A stretch of 64,000 bases of DNA, taken from assembly GCA_010029825.1 (NCBI GenBank), contig RGVZ01000002.1:1174-65173 (forward strand). The letters are read 5' to 3'. The translations under genes were made by a program, and so were the position numbers. Every line of letters begins with the position of its first letter. Position 1 is the stretch's first letter. Origin of the DNA: a bacterium (lineage in GTDB: Bacteria > Bdellovibrionota_B > Oligoflexia > Oligoflexales > RGVZ01). This document shows, in pieces, positions 45,872-55,868 of this stretch. A model generated the notes under the pieces. It was given only the letters and a program-made list of their open reading frames with translations. It ran no database searches and was not told the DNA's origin.

Positions 45872-46704
45872 ATACCGATCGCCTCAAATTTGCGGATGCC
45901 CCTGCGCCACAACAGGACCAGCACCAGTGTCGTGGCAATCAGAACCATCACGCCCCGGATGAGATAGGCCGACAAGGGATCTCCAGTGATCCGCCCGATG
46001 GCGACAAGATTTGGCAAACCCTGCATGTAGAACAGCGGCGTCCAGCTCAATGCCTCGACGAGACTGGCAGGCAGGAGGTCGATGGGATAAACGGCGCCAC
46101 TGAACGCGAAAAAAATGGACATGAAAAGGAGCTCGGGCCCCCACGTCTGGGTCATGTCAAAAGCCAGAACTCCAAGAATCAACCGGACGACAAGGTTGCA
46201 GGCCAGACCAAGCATCAGCGACAGGGCATAAGCCCCGGTCCAGGCGAGCGCGCCTTCACGTTGCGCCACGCCGACGAAAAAATCCCGCAACTGTGGAATG
46301 CCCGCGAAGATCAACAGCAATACGGGTCCGATCATCAACAAACGGGACAGGCTATAGGCAAGTCCTTGCGCAACCGGTTGAATGAGAAACGGAAAGGGCC
46401 GGACGAGGGACGCCGCGAGCTTTCCGGTCCGGATGTCCATGCTGAGCGTCCTGGACAACCCGGATTCCTCAAGGGTCATGTGACTTGAGGCAACGATGAA
46501 ATAAACCACGATACTGGCGGTTGAATAGCCCCCGAGGGTTCCAGCGCTGTTTCCACTGGACGCGGCGGCACGCCAATAAAAAAGAGTCCCCGCGAGGCCA
46601 AGGGCCTCAAACAGCGCAACCTGTGCGAAGGCCAGCCGGTACCCGAGCTGGACTGAGAGCTGCTGCGCGAGCATCAACAATCCGGCCTTAAACACCGCGG
46701 GCAT
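45868..46704 (-). CDS. ABC-2 family transporter permease
   Basis: Polytopic ORF. ATG 46704 (MPAVFKAGLLML) is preferred over 46788. It overlaps the ATPase stop by 17 nt. Confidence 0.8.
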   Translation of the reverse strand: MPAVFKAGLLMLAQQLSVQLGYRLAFAQVALFEALGLAGTLFYWRAAASSGNSAGTLGGYSTASIVVYFIVASSHMTLEESGLSRTLSMDIRTGKLAASLVRPFPFLIQPVAQGLAYSLSRLLMIGPVLLLIFAGIPQLRDFFVGVAQREGALAWTGAYALSLMLGLACNLVVRLILGVLAFDMTQTWGPELLFMSIFFAFSGAVYPIDLLPASLVEALSWTPLFYMQGLPNLVAIGRITGDPLSAYLIRGVMVLIATTLVLVLLWRRGIRKFEAIGI

Positions 46705-47782
46705 AGAGTTCCCCGAAAACGGTCTCGAGTTCCGCCTCACTGATCTTGATGTCGACAATCCCACTCGCCTCGACAGTACCGGTGACAACCTTGATCCATT
46801 GCGCGACGGAGCGCGGCGTCACGAAAAACTGGACAGAGCAGGTTCCATCATCTTTTGACGCCACAACGGGTGACGCAGAGCCGTGTGCCTTGACGGCCGC
46901 GGCGACATGCATTGCCACGGTCTCGCCGGCGCACAGGATTTCAACTTCCCTCTGGCCGTGAATCCGCTCATCGACCTGACTAAGGAGGCCGTCATACACA
47001 CACGTACCCTTGTTGATCAGGATCACGCGCCGGCAAAGTTCCTCGATGTCCTTGGTGTAGTGCGAAGTCAGGATCACCGTGACGCCAAGCGAAGCGTTGA
47101 TCGCCTTCAGGAAATTACGGATCCTGCGGGCGGCCACGAAATCGAGGCCGATCGTCGGTTCATCGAGAAACAACAACTCCGGCCCGTGCAGCAGCGATAG
47201 CGTCATCTCCATTTGCATGCGTTCGCCGAGCGAGAGTTTACGTACGGGTTTCCGGATCAGTTCGTGAGCCTCGAAAAGGCCCAGCATCTGGTCGAGGCGC
47301 TGCTGGAATTCGTTGTCGGGGACACCATAGATGGCCTGCGCGAGGCGGAAGGAATCGATGGCCGGTAGATCAGGATTGAGCTGGTTGCGCTGCCCCATCA
47401 CCATTCCGATCCGCTCGAGATAACGGACCGGCCGGTTGGACACGTTGTATTCATTGAAGGCGATGGCGCGGCCAGCGGACGGGGCGATCAAGCCAGTCAG
47501 CATTTTCAGGATGGTGGTTTTTCCGGCGCCGTTCGGCCCGAGCAGGCCGACAAACTCACCACGAGCGACCTGAAAAGTCACCGGTTTCACCGCCTCGACT
47601 GCCACTGGAACCCGGTGAAACAGGGCCTTTATCGCGCCTCGCAGTCCAGGGTCCTTGTGGTAGGTCACATAAGACTTGGTCAGGTTTTGAACATCAAGCA
47701 GCAATTCCGGAAACCCCCGACGACCGCGTGGCTGAAAAACCCATGAAATCGTATCACGGATGGAGGCCGCCCGGACACGCAT
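46688..47782 (-). CDS. ABC transporter ATP-binding protein
   Basis: It has Walker A GPNGAGKTT, signature LSLGERM and Walker B LLFLDEPT, plus a ~110-aa C-terminal accessory domain. Confidence 0.92.
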   Translation of the reverse strand: MRVRAASIRDTISWVFQPRGRRGFPELLLDVQNLTKSYVTYHKDPGLRGAIKALFHRVPVAVEAVKPVTFQVARGEFVGLLGPNGAGKTTILKMLTGLIAPSAGRAIAFNEYNVSNRPVRYLERIGMVMGQRNQLNPDLPAIDSFRLAQAIYGVPDNEFQQRLDQMLGLFEAHELIRKPVRKLSLGERMQMEMTLSLLHGPELLFLDEPTIGLDFVAARRIRNFLKAINASLGVTVILTSHYTKDIEELCRRVILINKGTCVYDGLLSQVDERIHGQREVEILCAGETVAMHVAAAVKAHGSASPVVASKDDGTCSVQFFVTPRSVAQWIKVVTGTVEASGIVDIKISEAELETVFGELYARGV

Positions 47783-47871
47783 GCTCTAAACGACTTCTTA
47801 ACGCACTCTTTAATCAAAATTCAGGAGTAACAGCCTAATATCCCCCGGTTAACCAGAATCCGGACAACCCC

Positions 47872-50658
47872 ATGATGTCACTCCGACTGGCCAGATCCAT
47901 CCGTCACGCGCCACCAAGGCACGCTGCCTTGTTCATGGCGGGACTCGGGGCTGCCGTGGTTTTCCTGATTTACCTGCCCTTCATGACGCAGCCCATGCTG
48001 CGAACTACCGGCGACGAAAAAGTGTACATCGCGCAAGCCATTGAGATGGCATCTGCAGGAACCTGGTTCAAGCAGACCCTCGGCCAGGTGCCGAGTTACT
48101 ACAAGGGACCGGCTCACTACATCCTTTTGCGCGCCGGCTTTTTCCTTTTCGGATCGACAAGCCCGCTGGCGTTCGTGTTCATGAACGCGATCGCGGTCCT
48201 GGCCTCGGCGTCTGCCGTCGGGTACGCGGTTTATCGCTGGCGCGAAAGGAACCTTCCGGACGCCCTGTTCGCGGGAAGTCTTGCTTGCGCGATGATGTCG
48301 CTGAACACGGGACTGTTCTCCCATGCTCACGCCAGCCAGATGGAAGCCGAACTGATTGCCATCTACGCGGTCATGACGGCGATCATGGTGGGCGCGGCGA
48401 AATCGATGGAATCTCACCCGTACCGGTGGCAAACGGACGTTCGCTACGACTACTGGCTGTGGATCATGGCCGGCATCGCCGGATGGTTCAAATCTCCCGT
48501 CTACAGTGTCCTCACGGGGACTTCGATCCTTGTCTGGTGGACCATGAGCGGGCAACTGGCCAGGAAGGTCCGAAGCCTTCATTCTTGGGTCGCCATCGCG
48601 ACGGGAATCGCTGTTGGCGTCGCCGGTTACGTTCCCGCGATCGCCCTCGACTGGAAAGTCTTCCTGAAGACATTCATCCAGCGCGAAAACCTTGCCAAGG
48701 GCGGCAACGAGCATTCGTGGCTGGAATCCCTGGTGCCTCTCGCGACCATTTTCCTGTTTCCGTTCTGGGGCGTCGTCGCCAGCTCCGTTGCCCGGTCCCT
48801 GGCCAAACTGGCACGCCGCGGATTTCCGCGCCAACCGGGCATTGGCGCGCCCTGCGCCGCGATGATCCTGCCGACGGTCATCTTTTTCGCGACCTTTCCA
48901 TTCCGCAGCCACATCTATTACTTGCCGGTCATCCCTGCGGTTTACATATGGGCAACCAACACGTTCCTTGACCGGGACAGCGCGCGAGACCGCCTGGCCA
49001 GGGCATTGCTGATGGCGGAAACTTTACTGTTGGCCGCGGCGGTCTTCGCCGTCCTCGCTCTCCTGTGGTGGATGCCGTCAGATCCCCGTTGGATGCCGAC
49101 CGGTAAACTCGTCGTCGCGACGGTGTCCGCGGTGACCGGCGTGACGTTGATGGTCCGCGCCGGTCGCGGCAGAAATCAAAGCACTCATTGGATGCTGGCA
49201 GGACGAATCTCCGGCGCCGCAGCGGTATTTTTAACGATCAGCATGGTGATGAGCGCCCTTGGCAAAGCTGATATCCTCGATATCCGCCAGTACCTCGATC
49301 GTACTCCCGGCAGCCCCGCAACTGTGGAGGTCCGTTACGTCGACTCCGTCCGCCATACATGGTCGGAGTGGGGACTGCTCAATGGTCTTGTCGGGCACGA
49401 TGTCCGCGCGGTCAGGAGCCCGGCGGAAATCGACGCGGCCATCCAGCGCGGCGCGATTGTCCTCGTCAGTCGCGAGGCCGACTTGGCGGCGATCAAGGCC
49501 AGAGACGACGGGGCGCTGCGGATCACGGGATGGTCGCGATGGCAAACCCACGGTCGCGACACAGCCGGCAAGAGTCGCTTTCTCGACGCCGTGCTCAACC
49601 GGTCCTGGAAACCCCTCCAACGTACAAACTGGATTGTCCAGAAAAAAGTGGGCGCAGCCATCAATGGCCAAGCCGCGATCGACATCCCGGCAATCGACAA
49701 GACTTCAACCAACATCATCCTGCTGACGTGGGACGGCGTGCGGCCCCAGGAGTTTTTCAACGGGCACGCGGGTCGTACGCTGCTGCCTTATTTCTGGACG
49801 CAACTCGCGCCGCGGGGGATTGTGCTCGGTGACGGAGCGCAAATCACGACCATCGCCAACAGCGTCGTCATGAGCCTCCCGGCGTACCAGTCCATCCTGA
49901 CGGGACAAGCCCAATGGTGCTTCAGCAACGAGTGTGGTGGCGTCACCGATCAAACCATCAGTGACCGCCTGGTTTTTCAAGAGGGAGTGCCCCCAAGAAA
50001 AGTCGCGACCATTGCCTCGTGGTCACTCATCGGGTCTGCCGCGACTTCCAGTTCGGGCAGTGGATTTGTCAACGCCGGGAATACGCCCGTCGCCGATTCT
50101 GACGATGACCCCGTCTTGTCACGGATCAACGAGCAGCAAGCCCTTGAAAAAACGCCATGGGCGAACGCGAGATACGACAAATTCACGCACCAGATCGCGC
50201 TTCACTGGTTGAAGAAACACAAACCACGGTTCATGCACATCTCCTTGAACGATACGGATGAATACGGGCACCGCGGCGAATTCGACAACTACGCCAAGGC
50301 ACTCCGCACCAATGACCACCGTTTGCGGGAACTGGTTGATACCCTGGCCGAGACTGGTGATTACGGCAAGAATACCTGCATCATCATGACCACGGACCAT
50401 GGACGCGGATCAGGTCGCAACTGGACACGCCATAGCAACGGCCAGCCCCTGGCGGCCCGGATCTGGATGTACCTCGGATGCCCTTTCAGCGCGCAGGCCC
50501 CCCGCCTGTCCCCTGATACGGACCTGGTGACGCACCTCGACATCCGGCCGACCATCGAGTCGTCGTTGGGACTCGAGCCACGCCCCTGCAGGTACTGCGG
50601 CGAATCCATCACCAAGCTGAACCCGCAGTCGACTGTTTTCGCTTTCGGTGGTAACTGA
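47872..50658 (+). CDS. GT-C (ArnT/PMT-like) membrane glycosyltransferase fused to an NPP/alkaline-phosphatase-superfamily domain
   Basis: 928-aa ORF. The N-terminal ~450 aa are polytopic with a first-loop motif TGDEKVYIAQA (DExxY type). The C-terminal ~320 aa carry NPP-type motifs: LLTWDGVRPQ, SLPAYQSILTG, DTDEYGHRGEFDNY and IIMTTDHG. Confidence 0.8.
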   Translation: MMSLRLARSIRHAPPRHAALFMAGLGAAVVFLIYLPFMTQPMLRTTGDEKVYIAQAIEMASAGTWFKQTLGQVPSYYKGPAHYILLRAGFFLFGSTSPLAFVFMNAIAVLASASAVGYAVYRWRERNLPDALFAGSLACAMMSLNTGLFSHAHASQMEAELIAIYAVMTAIMVGAAKSMESHPYRWQTDVRYDYWLWIMAGIAGWFKSPVYSVLTGTSILVWWTMSGQLARKVRSLHSWVAIATGIAVGVAGYVPAIALDWKVFLKTFIQRENLAKGGNEHSWLESLVPLATIFLFPFWGVVASSVARSLAKLARRGFPRQPGIGAPCAAMILPTVIFFATFPFRSHIYYLPVIPAVYIWATNTFLDRDSARDRLARALLMAETLLLAAAVFAVLALLWWMPSDPRWMPTGKLVVATVSAVTGVTLMVRAGRGRNQSTHWMLAGRISGAAAVFLTISMVMSALGKADILDIRQYLDRTPGSPATVEVRYVDSVRHTWSEWGLLNGLVGHDVRAVRSPAEIDAAIQRGAIVLVSREADLAAIKARDDGALRITGWSRWQTHGRDTAGKSRFLDAVLNRSWKPLQRTNWIVQKKVGAAINGQAAIDIPAIDKTSTNIILLTWDGVRPQEFFNGHAGRTLLPYFWTQLAPRGIVLGDGAQITTIANSVVMSLPAYQSILTGQAQWCFSNECGGVTDQTISDRLVFQEGVPPRKVATIASWSLIGSAATSSSGSGFVNAGNTPVADSDDDPVLSRINEQQALEKTPWANARYDKFTHQIALHWLKKHKPRFMHISLNDTDEYGHRGEFDNYAKALRTNDHRLRELVDTLAETGDYGKNTCIIMTTDHGRGSGRNWTRHSNGQPLAARIWMYLGCPFSAQAPRLSPDTDLVTHLDIRPTIESSLGLEPRPCRYCGESITKLNPQSTVFAFGGN

Positions 50659-50708
50659 AAAAGACGTCACTGACGTCATATCGACACCGGAACGCGGAGC
50701 GCGAAACC

Positions 50709-52616
50709 TTGTCACTCGACTGGTCTCTCCAGATGCCACTCATGGCCACGCAATTCATGGCGGCGTTGATGGCATTAGCCGTCACGGCTGGCTTGAGTGG
50801 TTACGGCGTCCTGGGTGGCCGCTGGGTCGCAAAATGGACCGGTTCGCGCGGGCAACTTGACCACGTCGCCCTGACTTACGTAACCCTGATGATCACGTGC
50901 GCCTTGCTGGCACTTCGTACGTGGTTCAACGCGCCGTGGATCGAATGGACCATCCTCGCCGGACTGGTCCCGGGCATGAGGGCTTTCCTTGGTTATCTGC
51001 CCCGGGCAAGACCGGGCAAATGGCACTGGCTCGCGTGGGCTGCCGCGGCGGTCATGGCTGTTGATTTACTCTACGCGGCGCTGCCGCTGTACCGCTACGA
51101 CCAGTGGACTTATCACTTGCTCGTCGCGAAATGGATCAGTCTTCAAGGTATCCTCACGCCACCAGTGACATACGACCACATTTTCTTTACGGGGAACTAC
51201 GAGTTTCTTGGACTGCTGGCGCGCGCCGTGTCATCCAGCGACACTTTCCAGCAGGGTTTCCAGAACAGCCTTAGCCTTCTTCTGGTCGCCGTACCGTCCA
51301 TGATGATGTTCCTGGCGGTCGAACCATCCGCGCGCGGGAGTGTCACTCCGCGACGACCGGATCCGATTGGCGCCGTCGTGATGGGTTACGCCCTGCTGAT
51401 CATCTTCAACAGCGGCGATCACGAGGCCTTGATCAACAGCAAGCCCGACTATGTGCTGATGATGGCATCGATGATGATCCTCGGGTTTGCTTTGGGCGGT
51501 CCCCGCCTTGTGAATCCTTTCCTCGTCGGCTTTCTTCTGACCGCGGGAACGGGATTCAAGATCACGTGGCTTCACTTCGCCGCGTGCGCGCCGGTCATCG
51601 TGTGGCGCTGCCTCGTCCATGAGACGGGCAATGCGGCGTCGCGAACCCGTCATGTCCGGCTGCTGTTCATTGGCGCCGTAGTCGCCTTCCCTTGTGTCCT
51701 TCCGTGGGCATTGAAAAACTGGCAATTTTTTGCAAATCCATTGCATCCCGCCCAATCCCCACTGTGGAAGAGTTCCATGTGGGACGAGTCCTTTGATTCA
51801 TACTGGCGAACGGTGGCATCCAAACCATCCGGACTCCGGGAATTCCTCGTGAATGGTCTGGATGTGATCAGGAGGCTTCCGGAACGGTGGGGCATGATCG
51901 CGCTCACACTTCTGGTGATTTTGCTGATCACGCGCCGGAGTGAGCCCGGGAATCGGGGCGCGGCGGACCGCGAGCGAATCTCCCGCGTGGGCTGGATCGC
52001 GTTCGCCGCGTGCCTCGCGGTTTACGTGACGGCCTGGGGAGTCTTTTACAAGGCATCGATCTTCAACCGGTTTGTCGCGCCGGCATTCACGTTTCCGTTG
52101 CTGCTGACGTGGTGGACGATCCGTTCCGTGCCTTCACGATTTCACGCGGTCGTTGCGGGTTGCCTGATGATCCCCGTCGCGGCAAACGCGCAACTGGAAG
52201 TGACGGTTCCGCGCATCGGACGGAGCCTTGTCATGCCGTGGCACGATTACGCGACCGGCCCCAGAGGCCCCATGGAAAAAGTTCCTGATTTGCTGGAAAT
52301 CGCGAAAGACCGCGCGGAAAGATTCCCCGGGAGTCCTTTCACCCGGGCGACATTGTTCAGTGATTTTCCATTCAATTTCTACGGCCCGTCGGCGTTCTGG
52401 ATCTCGGGGGATGTCGTCACCGCCTGGCAAATGCGCCAGGCAGGCGTCGATCCCGACAATGGCGACGGCATGGAGTTCCTGCGCAAGATGGACATCCGCT
52501 ATGTCTGGGTCGTTCACCCGGACAAGATGGACAAATTTCCGCCGGCGATCCGCGGCACATTATCGCGATTACGCATCATGCCCAGCCGGGTCGGGACTCT
52601 GTACACGCGGGACTGA
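50709..52616 (+). CDS. Large polytopic membrane protein (GT-C-like architecture, hypothetical)
   Basis: 635-aa ORF with more than 10 hydrophobic helices by eye. It opens at TTG 50709, with ATGs at 50733 and 50742. It is co-oriented with, and 50 nt downstream of, the GT-C::NPP gene. Confidence 0.7.
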   Translation: MSLDWSLQMPLMATQFMAALMALAVTAGLSGYGVLGGRWVAKWTGSRGQLDHVALTYVTLMITCALLALRTWFNAPWIEWTILAGLVPGMRAFLGYLPRARPGKWHWLAWAAAAVMAVDLLYAALPLYRYDQWTYHLLVAKWISLQGILTPPVTYDHIFFTGNYEFLGLLARAVSSSDTFQQGFQNSLSLLLVAVPSMMMFLAVEPSARGSVTPRRPDPIGAVVMGYALLIIFNSGDHEALINSKPDYVLMMASMMILGFALGGPRLVNPFLVGFLLTAGTGFKITWLHFAACAPVIVWRCLVHETGNAASRTRHVRLLFIGAVVAFPCVLPWALKNWQFFANPLHPAQSPLWKSSMWDESFDSYWRTVASKPSGLREFLVNGLDVIRRLPERWGMIALTLLVILLITRRSEPGNRGAADRERISRVGWIAFAACLAVYVTAWGVFYKASIFNRFVAPAFTFPLLLTWWTIRSVPSRFHAVVAGCLMIPVAANAQLEVTVPRIGRSLVMPWHDYATGPRGPMEKVPDLLEIAKDRAERFPGSPFTRATLFSDFPFNFYGPSAFWISGDVVTAWQMRQAGVDPDNGDGMEFLRKMDIRYVWVVHPDKMDKFPPAIRGTLSRLRIMPSRVGTLYTRD

Positions 52617-52640
52617 ACAGACGGGAAATGAGGAAAAAAC

Positions 52641-52716
52641 TGGAGCCGCTGACCAGACTTGAACTGGTGACCTGCTGATTACGAATCAGCTGCTCTACCG
52701 ACTGAGCTACAGCGGC
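52641..52716 (-). tRNA. tRNA-Thr (anticodon CGU), CCA encoded
   Basis: The reverse complement reads GCCGCTG TA GCTC AGTCGGTA GAGC A GCTGA TTCGTAA TCAGC AGGTC ACCAG TTCAAGT CTGGT CAGCGGC T CCA. This gives a 7-bp acceptor stem, standard D, anticodon and T arms, and anticodon CGT. Confidence 0.93.
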
Positions 52717-52768
52717 GTTGGAGGCAAGAGCAAACGGACCCTGAATATGGCGTGTCAGGGGGATTTAG

Positions 52769-52999
52769 TCAATCAAGAGCTTTCGTGGTCAGGGCCAACG
52801 CGTGGATTTCACGGCGCATCCAGGACCCGAGGGCCTTGTAGACGGCTTGGTGCTGCTCGACCAGACTGAGCCCCTTGAAAGCGCCCGTTTGAATGGTCAC
52901 TTGCCAATGGTCACCCCCGCCAGTCATGTCCGTGGCCTTGATCTTGGCATCTGGAAAGGCCTCAAGAAGGCGCTGTTCAATCTGGGTTGCATTCATCAT
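52769..52999 (-). CDS. BolA/IbaG-family protein
   Basis: The 76-aa product from ATG 52999 is MMNATQIEQRLLEAFPDAKIKATDMTGGGDHWQVTIQTGAFKGLSLVEQHQAVYKAL, which fits the BolA pattern. The longer ORF to 53101 is judged an extension. Confidence 0.85.
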   Translation of the reverse strand: MMNATQIEQRLLEAFPDAKIKATDMTGGGDHWQVTIQTGAFKGLSLVEQHQAVYKALGSWMRREIHALALTTKALD

Positions 53000-53076
53000 G
53001 GGGCAGACTCCAAGGCGAAAACCGGGTAAAACTGTATGCGATCCGAGGCTGATAAGTAACATCAGGAAAAGGCCAG

Positions 53077-53727
53077 ATGGCAACCCCGAAACACGCATCA
53101 AATTTCAACAGAGAACCCCGGGTTCTTTACCTGGCAACCCAGAACGAGCACAAGGTCGAGGAATTTCAGGACATGTTAGGCCCGGAATGGGATGTACGGT
53201 CCACCGCCCGGCTCGAGGCCGAATCCGGTGAGAAAATTTCCTGGGATGAGACAGGGGAGACCTTTGAGGCCAATGCCAGGATCAAGGCTCGGACCCTCCG
53301 CCGTTTGACTCGGGCCGCCGTGCTTGCTGACGACTCCGGCCTGGTTGTCGACGCCCTGGGTGGCGCTCCAGGCATCTATTCGAGCCGTTACGCGGGAACA
53401 CCGCATGGAACCCCGCGAAAGGATGCCGATGCCGCGAACACGCGCAAACTTCTTGCCGCGCTTGAGGGGATTCCCGACGCCCAAAGGACCGCGCGCTTCA
53501 TTTGCTGCTTGCTGTTCATCGACGAGGGGGGAAAGGAGACAGCCATCGAGGGAAGTTGCGAGGGACGGATCGCTACGGCGCCCTCCGGGAAAGGCGGATT
53601 CGGTTACGATCCCGTTTTTCTGGTCCCCGGGCGCGGATGCACCATGGCAGAATTACCCGACGCCGAAAAGAACATGATCTCACACCGCGCATCCGCGGTC
53701 GGAAAATTCCTGGCTAAATTCCTTTGA
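53077..53727 (+). CDS. rdgB: dITP/XTP pyrophosphatase (RdgB/HAM1)
   Basis: Motifs are LATQNEHKVEEF, DDSGLVVDALGGAPGIYSSRY, GFGYDPVF and ISHRA. Confidence 0.9.
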   Translation: MATPKHASNFNREPRVLYLATQNEHKVEEFQDMLGPEWDVRSTARLEAESGEKISWDETGETFEANARIKARTLRRLTRAAVLADDSGLVVDALGGAPGIYSSRYAGTPHGTPRKDADAANTRKLLAALEGIPDAQRTARFICCLLFIDEGGKETAIEGSCEGRIATAPSGKGGFGYDPVFLVPGRGCTMAELPDAEKNMISHRASAVGKFLAKFL

Positions 53728-53748
53728 AAAGCGTCACGCGGGGCTTCA

Positions 53749-54474
53749 TCAAAAACCAGTCCCGGCACCAGGCGTGTAAGTCGACGGCGCCTCGTTCCAG
53801 CCCGGGGCGCCTGATCCACCGTCGAATCCGTCCGATGAAGTCTTTTCCGCGCCGGCCCCGACCTTGGCCAGGGCCTTTCTAGCGGCCTTCTCGTAGTCCG
53901 CGAAGTCGCTCTGGGTGCGGATTCCGCCAAAATCGACCATGCTCAGCGACTGGCGCAATTCGCTGGCATATTTGCGCGGGTCCAATAAATACCCGTTCAG
54001 GATGTACAGCGCGCGTCCGGCGTCCTGTTCCTTGGCGTAGCACCGCGCCTGGAGAAACAATCCATTGCGCACAATCCGTGCCTCGCGCGGAGTCAGTTTT
54101 TTCCGGTTTGCCCGTTGCTGGATTTCCACAAGGACCGGGATGGCCTTGGAACATTCTTCCAGTTGCCGATAAGAAAAGGCCATCGCGAACAACGCCCGGT
54201 AGTCGAGGGGCTTCTCGACTTTGGCCGCCTGGAACTCCTTGATCGCTTTTTTCCAGTCACGCTCACGGACGGCCGTGTATGCCTTTTCCAGTTCACTCTT
54301 GCGCGGCGCGCCGGGCTTGGCCGCAGGCAGCGAAGGCGCCGCCAACCCGATGCATGGCGCGACGATCGTAACGACGGAAAGAGCCGAGGCAGTCGTCGTG
54401 ATCAAACACGCGGATCTCAATTTCCCGAATCCGAACTTCATGATGCCTGCCGCGACTCCATTCATGACGCCCAA
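53749..54474 (-). CDS. Secreted TPR-like hypothetical protein
   Basis: 241-aa maximal ORF from TTG 54474, with ATGs at 54465 and 54441. It has a signal-like helix (ASALSVVTIVAPCIGLAAP), a helical TPR-like core and a Gly-rich tail. It starts 3 nt after the vWA gene stop. Confidence 0.62.
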   Translation of the reverse strand: MGVMNGVAAGIMKFGFGKLRSACLITTTASALSVVTIVAPCIGLAAPSLPAAKPGAPRKSELEKAYTAVRERDWKKAIKEFQAAKVEKPLDYRALFAMAFSYRQLEECSKAIPVLVEIQQRANRKKLTPREARIVRNGLFLQARCYAKEQDAGRALYILNGYLLDPRKYASELRQSLSMVDFGGIRTQSDFADYEKAARKALAKVGAGAEKTSSDGFDGGSGAPGWNEAPSTYTPGAGTGF

Positions 54475-54477
54475 CCA

Positions 54478-55623
54478 TCAATCCCAGAGCAATCGTCCGG
54501 TGACCAGGAACTTCTTACCGGTCCGGTCGTAATATTCTATCCTGATTTCAACACCAACCGTCACCGTCGCTGGATTCACCGCCATCGAAGGCAGCATGAA
54601 ACCGCCATCGCGCAAGTAGGGACGTAAATCAACGCGCTGCCATTTTCCTTCGCCCTCATGAGTCAAGGAGCGATAACCCAGGTAACCACTCTGGATTCCG
54701 TTCTGTGCCAGTTGGCCAAGGATTTCGGCCAGGTTTCCAGCGTCGGCGCGAGCGTGCAAGACCGTCCCGTCCGGAGCCAGGCTGGCGATCTTGTTTTTGA
54801 GGATGTCGTCGTTGGCACCGCCGACCATCACGGTGGCAATGGTGGTTTTGATCCTCTTGCCGTCGATTGAAATGGCTCCCGCCTTCAACTGATCGGCGAT
54901 ATCGACGCCTTCCTTGCCGCGATCCGGGGCACCGTCCGAGAGAAAAAACAATTCCTTGAGGGCGTCACCGCGTCCGAGTGACAACAGGTTCATCGCCTCC
55001 TGCAATCCTGCCTCGTAATTTGTGCCGTCAGTCGCCGCGCAGATCACGTCAGCGATGTTTCCGCCGGCAGCCAGGTCCTGGTACAGGTCCCTGCCATTGC
55101 TGAAAAATCCGGAGGACGCGTACTCAACCCTGGAACTGAAGGTCGCGACAGCGAATTGATTGCCCGTTCCTTTCGCGGCCACCTGAAGCACCTGGTCCAG
55201 CGCCCGCAGCCGGGCGCATGAATTGCCGCGCCGCGGATCGTTGTCCTTCATGGATCCCGAGACGTCAACGACGAGGACGATATCGCGCTTTGAATCCGGG
55301 GCAGCACAGACACGTCCACTGAGTGAGATCGGATGATTCGCGACGTCGGATTTCGATACATGATGATCACCGCTGCCGGTGAAAAGAACCGGCTTTCCCT
55401 CCTGGGTTACCGGCTGACCGGGATTCGCGTCATCACAGGGCAGAAACCAGGTCAGGTAGGCGCCATGGACGGTCGGGTCGTAGGAACCTTCCTGGCGTCT
55501 CGCGTCGCCAGTGGTAAAAACAGGCGACTGGCCGGCCCCGAATCTTTCCGAGCCGCATGCGGAAAGCGCAGCAGACATGGACGTCACAGCGTAAAGGGCT
55601 AAAAGGTTGGTTCTGAGCATCAT
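54478..55623 (-). CDS. von Willebrand factor A domain lipoprotein
   Basis: It has a strong SD (GGAGGA), a signal peptide with lipobox (SAALSACGS) and the MIDAS motif VLVVDVSGSM. Confidence 0.85.
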   Translation of the reverse strand: MMLRTNLLALYAVTSMSAALSACGSERFGAGQSPVFTTGDARRQEGSYDPTVHGAYLTWFLPCDDANPGQPVTQEGKPVLFTGSGDHHVSKSDVANHPISLSGRVCAAPDSKRDIVLVVDVSGSMKDNDPRRGNSCARLRALDQVLQVAAKGTGNQFAVATFSSRVEYASSGFFSNGRDLYQDLAAGGNIADVICAATDGTNYEAGLQEAMNLLSLGRGDALKELFFLSDGAPDRGKEGVDIADQLKAGAISIDGKRIKTTIATVMVGGANDDILKNKIASLAPDGTVLHARADAGNLAEILGQLAQNGIQSGYLGYRSLTHEGEGKWQRVDLRPYLRDGGFMLPSMAVNPATVTVGVEIRIEYYDRTGKKFLVTGRLLWD

Positions 55624-55868
55624 GCTTCCTCCAAAAGCGCATGACCAAACGCGGCAGAGTCTTCGCCCGCCTTTCCGAAAACTTGAAGAATATTTTCAAA
55701 ACCCAATGATTGCGCCCGCTTGAACAAAGCGAGAGGTGTTCGCGCGATTTTTTCCAAAATAAAATTTGAGATTTCGCTAAAGCGTTGCCGGATCCAGCCG
55801 AAACCCCTGGCAGGTTTGAGGGACTTTTCTTGAACTTTTGAACCGGCGCTTTTCAAGGGAGATGAAAA

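Noticed and set aside
52617-52768. tRNA-Thr as an integration site for a genomic island
   Set aside because: There is no integrase, no direct repeat of the tRNA 3' end and no compositional break on either side. The flanking genes (a membrane protein and a BolA-family gene) look like ordinary chromosome.
55620-55856. 78-aa ORF upstream of and overlapping the vWA gene start
   Set aside because: It lies in the lower-GC divergent promoter region and has no SD or recognisable motif. The vWA gene has its own strong GGAGGA SD, so this stretch is more likely non-coding.
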